Assembly: GCA_951406725.2 (NCBI GenBank)
Contig: OX597817.1
Span: 75,268,001-75,332,000, forward strand
Length of the DNA: 64,000 nucleotides
Origin: Octopus vulgaris
Taxonomy: Eukaryota
Direction of reading: 5' to 3'
Shown here piece after piece: positions 1 to 15,425 of the stretch. The position numbers were made by a program, and so were the translations under genes. Position 1 is the stretch's first letter. Each line of letters starts with the position of its first letter. Below the pieces are notes generated by a model. The model was not told the DNA's origin. It saw nothing but the letters and a program-made list of their open reading frames with translations, and did no database searches.

Positions 1-530
1 TGTAACATGGCTAGCTGCACACAAGCATCATACAATCTGCCTTTCATTCTGAGGGAGAGGCCCTTTGTTACCAACAAAGGTAGCAGCTCTTTAAACTTTG
101 CCTAGCCTATTCTTATTCTATCAGCTATACTCTTGGATCATCTATCTCCACTGCTGACTTGGCCACCCAGATAACAGAAGCTATCAACTACTTCTAGCTA
201 TCCCCACTGGCATTTGATGGAGTCTATTTTCAGTACATTTCTTACAGTTATTGTACCTGTACATCTGCCACGCACAAACTTCTTTTCCTGTTAACCTTCC
301 TCTGATATTGCTGCACCTCTGAGGTGTCCATAGTTTACGATGGGTACATCTTACAGAGTTACTGCTCAAGCCTTTTGTTACATATTGAGCAGGGCCATCT
401 CCTTGAAGGGATTTGTGATTTGTCTGCTTTCCTACTTAGTAAGACTTTGGTTTTTGCTAAATTAACTCTAAGACCCTTTGATTCCAGACCTGTGCTCAGT
501 AGTGCAGTGAAAGCACGTGATAAAAATAAG
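1..530 (-). mobile_element. Degenerate RTE-like LINE fragment (C-terminal RT region with Cys-rich PHD-like insert)
   Basis: Manual minus-strand translation gives KGLRVNLAKTKVL...WPCSICNK...SNSVRCTHRKLWTPQRCSNIRGRL...LEVVDSFCYLGGQVSSGDR*SKSIADRIRIG*AKFKELLPLLVTKGLSLRMKGRLYDACV, with in-frame stops and frameshifts. Confidence 0.8.
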
Positions 531-1554
531 ACTATTGAATAATAATAATAATGATCCTTTCTACTAAAGTCACAAGGCCTGAAATTTTGGACAAGTGGAC
601 TAGTCGATTACATCAACCCCAATGTTCCATTGGTATTTAATTTACCAACCCTGAAAGGATGAAAGGCAAAGTAGACCTCAGTGGAATTTGAACTCATAAA
701 GACAGACAAGATGCTACTAAGTATTTTGCCCAGCATGCTAATGATAGTAATAGTCACGATAATTATAATAAATGTCTATTTTTACAGCACTTGCAATATT
801 AGATTGAGTTGTTTATATTAAATGAAAAACTGTCACATTATAATAATGAGATGCACTAATGTAAAATAATCTTTCATTAGGTTTTTGGTAAGGGCAACAT
901 TTATTTATATCTAAAGTGAAGGTGATATCCAGGAAATTAAGTGTACTAAGATTCGTTTGAATTGTAATTTATTGACCTATTTCTCTAAATAATTTTTACA
1001 AGCTCTTCTCTGAATCTGTCATTCAGGTTCATATTGTATGAGACTAAAAGACTGTCATCTACATAAGGAACCAATGGTCTTTTAGATGAATGAGTGGGAT
1101 AAATGAGAACTTTCTCATTTTGCTTCAAGATTTGCATGGTTTAAATAAAGGTCATAGATGTTGGGCTCTTAAATGTTTCAGATTATTTACTATGTAACTA
1201 ATTATATATCTCCAAACAAATGACTTCAGAAAGTTTTCTTAATATATGATCTCTTTGCATCCAGACATTAGATTTGGAGAGTTATCGTTTAAAAATATTT
1301 TAGATTTTTGAATTATTAATTTTCCCCTAATTTGATTTTTTTTACACACCTACAGTTACAACCTTTTTTCTATTTTATATTCATTTTTATATAAATATCT
1401 TATATATAGGCACAGGCATGGCTGTGTGGTAAGAAGTTTGCTTCCCAAGCACATGGTTTCAGGTTCAGTCCCACTGGGTGACACCTTGGGTAAGAGTCTT
1501 TTACTATTGCCGCAGGCTGACCAAAGCCTTGTGAATGGATTTGGTAGATGGAAA

Positions 1555-1797
1555 TTACTTCCAGTGTATATGGGTCCCAACTCTGTCATGTCTATGAATA
1601 TATTCCTTCTTAGTCAAGACTGGGCAGCCAGACACAATGTGATTTATTGTTTCTTCTCTATCTCAACATATCCTGCAGTTATTTGTATTTCTTTTCATTA
1701 CATGTTTTGGTAATTTCTGGTAGGAAGGCTTTGATCTTGTGCTGCAATTAAAAATCCTTCAGTCTCTGCTTTGAATCCTGAGCTTCTCAGTCATTTC
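1555..1797 (-). mobile_element. Fragment of RLE-type (R4/NeSL-like) non-LTR retrotransposon nested in a SINE-like repeat
   Basis: Minus strand reads LRSSGFKAETEGFLIAAQDQSLPTRNYQKH...EETINHIVSGCPVLTKKEYIHRHDRVGTHIHW (zinc-knuckle region plus RHD motif). The flanking SINE-like sequence stops near 1554 and resumes near 1805. Confidence 0.8.
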
Positions 1798-2974
1798 ATT
1801 GGTTGAGAAGCTCATTGTATATAAGTATCTGTGTATGTGTGTGTCTTTGTATATGTGTTTGTTCTTCACCACCACTTGACAACTGGAGTTGGTGTGTTCA
1901 TCTCCTTGTAACTTAGCAGTTCAGCAAAAGACACTGATGGAATAAGTACCAGGCTTTACTAAAAGATAATAAGCACTGAGGTTGATAAGTTGACTATAAT
2001 ACTTTGAGGCTATGCCCCAGCATGGCTGTACTCTAATGACTGAAACAAGTAAAAGATAAAAGATATATTCTTCTATTTTTTTATACCTACTTACACAGCT
2101 TCTTAACTGCCTTAAACTAGCAAATTCTCCCCATACCTTCCATTCTTATTTTCTAAAGATGTAAATATTAAATATTAAAAGATGTAAATATTAAAGTTTA
2201 TTATGATATTCAGGCTTCTCCACCCTATGTCTATCATACTTTATGTTCATTACCCTCATCCTCATTGCCATCACCATAATTTTTTGCCTGCTTCATTGCT
2301 AGTTTGATGGTTTTATAGGATCCAACAAATTCGTGGAAGTTGTCCAACTCCACTGTCTCAATTTCGACATGGTATGGTGTTTATAGCAGGATGCTCTTCC
2401 TAATGCCAACTACCTTCCAAAGTGTCCTGGGTACTTTTTCTCCCGTGGTACCAGCACTAGTAAGGCTGTCTTGTAATTTGCAAGGGTTAAGAGCTCTCAT
2501 ATCTCATAAGAGTGGATGTTGACTTTTGGGGTAGTGTTAAAAAGTAAAAAACAGTCACGGGCAACCTTTTTCAAGAAGCAGGCTGCATAAGATATAGGTC
2601 ATCATTAGGCAGGCCACATTACTAAAAAAAAATTCAAGATCCTTCATTTAGGTGGACCATTCAGAAAGTTCCATAGGACATAATTTGCCCACGACTAAGT
2701 TAAAATATGATGGGAGAAACAGGTTTATTATTGGTACAGGGCGTTAGTGGAGAGTGTAACAGAGACAGTGTTTGGGAAGGAAACAACTGAAGGGAAAGAG
2801 AAGGAGTAGTGTCAAATGTTAGTGAGAGTGCTTTTGAGTGAAAAGGGTAGTAGGGGTTTAATAGGAAGACATTTAGGGATACCCTCCAATATATTTGAGT
2901 GCATGGGGGTAGATGGAGTGGTGTTACAAATAGAGATGAAGATGAGTGTGCTGGGGAGCCAGAGTGTAGCATGT

Positions 2975-3536
2975 TTAACCTTTTAGTATTCAGATTACTC
3001 TGTCAAATGTATAGGAGCACTCCGTCGGTTATGACAATGAGGGTCCCAGCTGATACGATTAACGGAACAGCTTGCTCGTGAAATTAACGTGCAAGTGGCT
3101 GAGCATTTCACTGACACGTGTACCCCTAACGTAGTTCTCAGGGAGATTCAGCATGACACAGAGTGTGACAAGGCTGGCCCTTTGAAATACAGGTACAACT
3201 CATTTTTGCTGGCTGAGTGGACAGGAGCAATGTGAAATAAAATGTCTTGCTCAAGGACACAACGCGTCACCAGGAATCGAACTCATGACCTTACAATCAT
3301 GAGCCAAATGCCCTAACCACTAAGCCCCACGCCTTCTGTCAAATGTAATGCTTATTTATTCACATTGTTTTGAATTCATCACACATTATCTTGTGGCTTT
3401 GAGATTTTGATGATGCGATTGTAATTTTTAGAATGAAATTGTAGAGGAAGTGCAAGAAGCCTGATCTGGTCAGTTTGAATGTAAAGCTGGTAGAATATTT
3501 GAGCCTGATATGGCTGGTAGAATATTAAAGGGTCAA
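2975..3536. mobile_element. piggyBac-type MITE interrupted by a SINE
   Basis: Degenerate TTAA-CCCTTTAGCATT...AATGCTAAAGGG-TTAA-type ends. The interior matches the copies at 6360-6569 and 28366-28578. Confidence 0.7.
3012..3334 (-). mobile_element. tRNA-derived SINE with 13-bp TSD
   Basis: Minus-strand head GGCGTGGGGCTTAGTGGTTAGGGC...GAGTTCGATTCC carries A and B boxes. TCTGTCAAATGTA is duplicated at 2999-3011 and 3335-3347. Confidence 0.85.
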
Positions 3537-3639
3537 GTAGATGAGTAGGAGAGAAAGCATGGCGACAAGAGGATCCAGTAAGGTAGGTAAAGGTTGCAAG
3601 AGTGATGGAAAAGTGAGTGTTGAATAGAAATATAACATC

Positions 3640-4500
3640 AGTTTCATCTCAGTCCTTTATCGTTACCTGTATGAAGCTCAATATCCTGTGATATTCAGTG
3701 TAAGCAATCATCGCTTGAGCTGTTCTCATCCATAAGCATCCCATGCCTGTAACAACACAGTCTTCTCTCTTTCATACTACATCTGATTCCATTTATACTC
3801 ATTTTTTGCAAAAATGATATGTCCAAATTTCTCTTTTGATCTTTCTATGAAGGTAATCATATTTTCCATAATAAGAAATGGATTTTTTGGTCCACAGTGG
3901 GTTTCTTGTGGGCAGAGAATATCACAATAATAATCACTGCATAATTTTGCAGCAAATTATTCTTTAGTTGAAGACAGCCCTTCAATGTTCAGAGACATAA
4001 TAGTCAGTTAGGTTGGAACTGGCTTCTCTGCTTGCTCCAGACTGGGAGATATCTACCATCTGTTGATCTTCTGGACATTGTTATATTTCAAATGAGCTTC
4101 AAAGTGCTTGGTAGAATTTGCAGGTTATACAAAATTTCACTTGGCAGGGATTGTGATCGAAACAGTCCTACCTTGATCCCTGATCACTAGTTGCACGAAA
4201 CCCACCAACACATGACTTGCACCTCCTCGCTAACAGTTCCCTTGTTAATATCAGTTGAGAAGCAGTCAGTCAAGTCAAGGTGACTAAGGCTAATAGTGAT
4301 GAACATCACCTCCTCCATAGTCATCTAGCTTCAGCCTAATGACTGAAGTCAAGAAGAATCTTCTTCAGTCATGTTCAGCTTCTAACATTTAGGGAAGAAA
4401 CCAGACACCAATTCTAGGTAGGAAAGCTTGAGAATATCCCTCTTCTGATTGATATGGGATTCCCTCACTGCTGAAGATCTCCCTTCTGACTCAGAAGAAC
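3640..4500 (-). mobile_element. Degenerate LINE 5' fragment (start of APE endonuclease)
   Basis: Minus strand reads LTIMSLNIEGLSSTKE*FAAKLCSDYYCDILCPQETH, the N-terminal motifs of an APE endonuclease. Boundaries are approximate. Confidence 0.65.
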
Positions 4501-4941
4501 TCTGGGTTCAGTGGATATTTAACTGCCTGAGAAAGAAAACAGAATGATCAAAAGTTGCTTTGGTCAGATGCAGCTACAAGGCCAGCTCAATTACTTGTCA
4601 ATGAGGAGAAGCAGACCATACTATAGAGTACTGCCTTGTCTGGTCCCTTACTATAAACCCTTACAGCTCAAAAGACCTTCCAGAGTTTACTAAAAATGTA
4701 TAGAACTGTGAAAAGAAATGGGAAGCTCATATATAGCCATTATGCTTTGAGGAACCAAAAGAAGTATTTTAAAATATGACTCATAAAATTCTACTGGGGT
4801 TGACTGTGGCCATCATCACTTTCAGATCAATAAAATTAGTACCAGGTTTGAATAGGACCTGATTTAATCAGCTGTATATATTTTCTCTATAAATTTGTAC
4901 TAAAAGTTAAAATAATGATATCGTTTATGCAGGCAGACTTA

Positions 4942-6161
4942 TATCAGATTAAACCCATAAGTTCGGTCCGATTTTAACTTTTTTAAAATTGAATAAAATT
5001 TAATAGTATTTTAGAATGTCTAATGGAATTAAAAATTATTTTTGTGCATTTGTGTACATTTAAACTAATTAAATATTATTTTACAGAATAATAGAATTAA
5101 AATTTCTTTGATTAAGACCATTTCTTACATAGAAGTATCCAAAGAGCATTTGAGGTACAGAAAAGGAAACTCTGCAGCTGAAGCAACTTGAAACATACAT
5201 TCAGTTTATGGGAAAGAATGTTTGAATGAAAGAACTTGCAGAAGATGGTTTGCAAAATTCAAAAGTGGAGATTTCAGCCTTGAAGATGAAGATCGAACAG
5301 GATGTCCAGTTGAGTTTGATGATAAGCTCCTTGAGGTATTACTTGAAGCAAATCCTGCATTATCAGTTGAAGAATTGGCAATAAAGCTTAGTTCAAACCA
5401 TACAACTGTTCATCGTCATCTTCAACAACTTGGAAAGTTTCCTAAACTTGGAAAATGGGTGCCTCATGAGTTGTCCGAAAGCAACCGCAAATCCCGAGTT
5501 GACATCTGCTCTTCTCTCCATTCTCATGAACTCATTTCACCATTTTTGGATAGACTTGTGACTGGTGATGAAAAATGGATCTTCTTTTGAAATGTTAAAC
5601 GTTGTAAACAGTGGCTTGGTAAAAGGGAAAAAGCTCAACCACAACTGAGAAGGGAACTTCATGGGAAAAAAGTTCTTCTCTCTATCTGGTGGGATTTCAA
5701 AAAGAGTAATTCACTTTGAATTGTTACTACCTAATGCACAAGTCTGCTGTCAGCAATTAGAGTGTTTGAACCAAGCTTTGAAGAAAAAAACCCCGCTTTA
5801 GTGAATCAAAAAGGAGTGATGGTTCATAAGGACAATGCGCAACCCCACACTACAAAGATCAAATCACAGATGATCGAAGAGCTTGGTTGGGAAAAAATTC
5901 CTCATCCACCTTATTCTCCTGACCTTGCTCCTTCAGACTACCATTTGTTTTGTAGTTTACAGAATCATTTGGGGGGCATAACTTTCACAAGCCAGAAGGA
6001 GGTTGAAACTGACATTTCAGAGTTCTTCGTTTTGAAACCAAAAGAGTTTTACGTTGATGGGATTAAAAAGCTTGTAAATAGATGGAAGGAAGACATAGAT
6101 AATCAGGGAAAGTACTCGTTTTCTTTATTCAAAATTCAGACAGAACTTATGGAACCTGATA
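4942..6161 (+). mobile_element. Defective mariner DNA transposon (DD34D-type transposase pseudogene)
   Basis: ORFs 5222-5590 and 5762-6172 carry WFAKFKSG, WVPHEL, TGDEKW, DNA and HPPYSPDLAPSDY. Imperfect TIRs TATCAG..CCATAAGTTC.GTC.GA.TTTT lie at about 4942-4975 and 6131-6161. A stop at 5588-5590 and frameshifts disrupt the gene. Confidence 0.92.
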
Positions 6162-6359
6162 GAATAGTCTGAAATTATCTTGTAAGCCAAAAACTATAAT
6201 TTTTTAAATTTATATGTTTGAAACATAGATTATTATTATACATAGATTATGATTTAACCCCAACCTGTGATTCCCTTCCTCCATATTTCTAGTTTGATTA
6301 TTTTTGAAAATTTTTTTCCCAGATTTGTGTCTTAAACATTTCAGATTATGAATCTTTAT

Positions 6360-6569
6360 TTAACCCTTTAGCATTCAGATTACTCTGTCAAATTCATATT
6401 GTTATAAATTAGTCATGCATTCTCTTGTAATTTTGAGATTTTGATGATATGGCTGTTTATTTCTAGAATGACATTGGGTTTGATGCAAGATGCCAGATCT
6501 GGCTGGTTTGAACATAAAACAGCTAGAATTCTTTGGCTGATATGGCCAGCTCAAATGCTAAAGAGTTAA
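6360..6569. mobile_element. piggyBac-type MITE (~210 bp)
   Basis: Ends read TTAA-CCCTTTAGCATT ... AATGCTAAAGAG-TTAA. Confidence 0.75.
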
Positions 6570-7194
6570 TAAAACTGAAACTCTTTTTTCTTTTTTAATT
6601 TTTTTCTATGTTTCCAAATTTTATATAGGTTTTCAAATCAAAATACTCAAATATGAAAAACTTACAAGTAATTTTGTGTATCTCCTTAATTGTATTGGAC
6701 TACTTATTTTTCATCTTGAAACAAACAAAAAAAGTTCTATTTCAGATGGTAAACTAGGATACCTGATAATACAATGCATTTATGTCCAAAAAAAAAAAAT
6801 AATAATAATTTTTTATTGAATGGAGTGAAAGAAAAAAAAAGAGAAATAAAAAAGAAAGCAAAAAAATTAAACAATACCTGTTTCATTTTGCCAAATTTTG
6901 AATGATTCCTAAATTGTTTTAATGCAATGGCAAATAAGTAATTTTTTTTTAAATCTAGAAACTGATAGAAAATGATGACAGAATAGTAATGACTAAACTC
7001 AATAGATGTCTTCCTTTGTAATCATAAAATGAAAGAATACTTTATGCTTTTAAATTCACAATTTTCTTTCATGGCAATTGCCAGTCCTACAAGAGAAGGA
7101 CATCTTTTTAATTAGTTTACTGATAACACAACAATGATGTCATATATCAACAAAAGTAAAAAAGTAGTATCTGAAAAAGCTTGTCAGTCTGTTT

Positions 7195-10010
7195 TATAGT
7201 CCCAGCTGACAAAATGGAAAAGCTGTTGCCCTAGAGGATGGTGAGAGAGAGGCAATGGAACAGCCACTATGATTCACAGGACTCACAGTTGTAGATAACC
7301 ATCTCTGCCTTGATAGCGGTAAGCAAAGATGTTGTCTGGGGGCCAAGATCACTGGAGGTCTCCACTGCCACAGAATCAATCACAAATTTGTTAGAGAGTG
7401 GCTAATGCTTTGACATTTTGCCCATCCTCAGCCTGATGAGTAGCTAAACACACCAAGTGGCTGCTGGAGAAGGTGTCACAGCATGTGACATCCCAGATGA
7501 GGGGCCTACCACTATGGAATTGGAAAATTGTAATACCACCAGGCTTTTTATTGTCCCCTTGGTCTAACCTACTGACACAAGGGAGGCCAGTGACACCTAG
7601 GCCATGCTTTATGATGTTATTGAGAGTAGCTTGGTGTAGAAGGCGCCCAGCACTATAATGGTATGACAATGGTTGGAGGTTGAAAGAATTGACAATGGAT
7701 CCACAGTAGCATTTGTGAGGCTTACAGATCTGGAGGCTAAACCTCAGGGAAACACCAATGCACAAACTGTTATTATCAAGCTGAGTGCCGGTCAAGAGTG
7801 ATGACACTGTGTTGATCCAGGCACTGCTTGTGGGGCTAGGAGCCAAGCAGAAACATGCCAGATAGTGGTGGTGAAGTCAATGCATCAACTCAGCCAAGAT
7901 CATGCTGCACTGGATGGCATTTCATTTGTTTTGGGAAAACTGGACATCCAGAGAGAGGAGAGGGAGATGGACATCTGCAGGATGTAAGCTGAGCTGGCTC
8001 CATGCTGTGTAGGGCCACCTAGTGCTCACTAATTAGAGTAGGTTCGGTTGTGTTGTGGAGAACCCTGTTGATGAGGACATGCAAGAGGTCACTGATAAGA
8101 AAAATGCTAACAGGACCAGTAAGACTGGAGGCTGAGGCTGTCATACCTGACAGGTAAGGTGACCTGTTCTGTTGCCAGCCAGTATCATCAAACTGAACCT
8201 TGCATATCTCTTCTGCAGCTTGTTAGTTACAGGTGTCGAAATCTGTGGGGAGAGATATGTAGTTGTAGCAAAAAGCCTGGACCTGAGGGTGGAGTGAATG
8301 GCAGGCAGGAGGATTGGTGAAACAAGGATAAGGACGTGTTCTATCAAAGTTGTTTGCATTTGGTGCAGTAAAGATCACACATCCAAGACAGAGGCCACAA
8401 AACCCTCTCGGATGAGTCAATCATGAGGCTGATCGTTGTAGCATGAGAACAACTGCTCAAAGGTAACAGAAGACACTTTCTATGGGCTTGTCTATCATCA
8501 TATCGTCCAGGCACCATACATTGAAAGGAGCTGTGATACTCTAAGCAATGCTATCCATCATAAGAGCAAAGAGGAGGGGCCCAATAGATTGCCCTTTTGA
8601 ATTCCAGTCAAAGATAGTATGATCTTATCAGAAGTGAGGAGCATGCTAAGAGACCTGTAAGGCAGGTAAGCTAGCAGGTCGGCAAACAGGGCATGGCTGA
8701 GGTAGGTTTCAAGCAAGTAGCCGTAGCACTGACAGTTGAATGCATTTTTCATGTCAAGCTTGACAACGAGGTGTTTGGAATAACTTGATATCAGCACGGG
8801 AGGACAATCATTGAAGAACTGTCAAGTGGCATGGATGGCTCCCTCACATTCACTGGCCATGCCAACCCTCAGTTAAATTGGGTTGAGTTCCTTGTCTAGT
8901 TCAGGTGTAACGGATCTGCAGATGACCTTTTGCCTTGAGCCTCTGGAAGACATTACTCACTGCAATGGGGCATATGTCACCATCCTTTTTCTTGAGACCG
9001 ATTAGGCTGGCTGAAAAGAAGAGGCTTCAGGAAGAAGAATCCAGGACACTGTGAATAAATCTGTTGAGAGCTGTTATTGCACTCAGCAGGTGCACTTGAC
9101 TTTGGCAGTAAGCAGGGACAGCATCTCCCTGAGGTGGCTGAGTCATAAATCATCGATACCAGTGCTGCTACTAGTAGGGAAAGACCACAGAGCAGAGATG
9201 ACTTTCTCAGAGGCCATGTACAGTGGCTGAAGGTCGGGAGTGAGTATTGATCTAAGGTTTTTAAATGGCTCATGATGTTTGAGCTAGAGGGCAGTCAGGA
9301 TCTCAGTAAGGTAGAAGGCAGTGTCATCAGAGGTGACTACTCTGACAGCAGCTGAGACATCACCCTCAATAAGGTTGATGTTTATCCAGCCGTGTAAATG
9401 CTTTAATCCAGCATCAGGGGTGGAGGACTGCAGGCATGCGAATGAGCAGGGTTCAGCATACTTGGACACACTAAGTATACCAAAGGACAAAATGTTGGCC
9501 CTGACTAGGGTTGTTGTTGACAGGTTGCCTTGATTAACACCAGTATTGGGAAGACTGAAGGCAAGTAGAGCAAAATAGAATAGTCATTCCCAATTGCTGG
9601 GTCTACTGGAGTCCAGTTGAGGATGTGAGGGCATTAGCCTCTAACACCTGGGCCACTTTCAAGATCTTAAGAGGTATCTTCCAAAACCTCCCATGCCAGG
9701 TGATGTTGACCAGTGAGGGCAAGGCATCAGGCAGGTATACCGTCTCATCTGATGAGGCAGTGGATGGCCACTGCCACACAGCTGAGAGGAAGAGGCAGCA
9801 GCTGCATTTGAGGTCCATTGTGTCAGGCTGATGTAAGAGAGATGATGGAAACAACAACACCTTGAAGAGTATCTGCCTCTCTTCCACCTATTGGTGGTGG
9901 CACAAGTGTTGCAGGCAATTCCCTGCGAGGATGAGAGTTTGGGGTGTACAGTCGGAGACTGGAGCACTGTTTGGCAATATGGGTGTAACATCCAATGCTT
10001 AAGAAATATA
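7195..10010 (-). mobile_element. Degenerate CRE-clade (RLE) non-LTR retrotransposon
   Basis: Minus-strand ORF pieces show RT motifs (VKLDMKNAFN, GIQKGNLLGP) and an RLE region (SSAWIN...SLRF...ICKPHKCYCG...LNNIIK...KKPGGIT...LIWDVTCCDTF), with many disablements. The segment is GC-richer than its flanks. Confidence 0.8.
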
Positions 10011-10039
10011 AATCTGAAAAGAAATTTCGAAATAAGTAA

Positions 10040-14460
<4,421 letters not shown>

Positions 14461-14464
14461 AAAC

Positions 14465-15425
14465 ATGGCTGCTAAAAACAGCGACGATAGTGTGGCGACG
14501 TTTTCGCCGAAACGGCCTCGTATGGACTCTGATGAACGGCGGTCACCTCTTGGACATTTATCGTCGGAACATCTCAAACACAGTAAGTGTCCTGAACATT
14601 TAGATAGTAAACCAGTGGCTCATTGTTTTAATAATATTAATCATAATTATAACGACGACAACGAGAACAGTAATATTAATAATAATAATAATAATTATAA
14701 CAACAACAATAATAATAATAATAATAATAATAATACAACTACGACTGCTAATACTACCAATAATATTACTACTACTACTGCTACTACTACCACTAATAAT
14801 AACGGAGTTGTTTGTACTGAAGAAAATCTGGACCACCATCACCACGACGAGGACGAGCAGCAGCAGGAAGAGAAGAGAGAGAAGATTATGGTCTCGAGAG
14901 AGGCGGAGGTGGGGCCGGAGAACCAGCTTCCACAGCAGCAACAACAACACGAGGAAAAGCTGGAGCATCATCATCATCATCATCATCAACAACAACCACA
15001 GCAAGCCAATGAACAATGTACTGGCGAAAGAAGAAGTGGTGGTGGGGACAGCTTCGGCAACAGCGGCGGTGGTGGTGATGGTGACGATGGTGGCGGCGAC
15101 GGTGGTGGTGGCTGCGGCGGTGACATTTCAACCCGTGTCTGTGTTAAAGAGAAAGGTGAACAACAACAACAGCAGCACATGGAGGAAACTATGAACGAAA
15201 AGGTGGAGATGGAAGATGAAGCGATGGAGAAACTACAGAAATTAGAAAAAGAGGAAGAGGTGGAAGAAGAAGGGAAAATCGTCGACAAGGTTGGGGCAGC
15301 AGTAGAATCATCATCATCATCATCATCATCATCGCCATCGTCAACATCATCATCACCATCATCGTCGTCAACACCGACCTCATCATTCTTCAAGAAAGAT
15401 GAGAACATGCTACAAATTACCACAG
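14465..15425 (+). CDS. SIRT1: SIRT1 coding exon 1 (low-complexity N-terminus)
   Basis: ATG in AAACATGG context, 961-nt open frame, NLS-like PKRPR, donor AG|GTAAGA in phase 1. It joins in frame to the downstream sirtuin exons. Confidence 0.85.
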
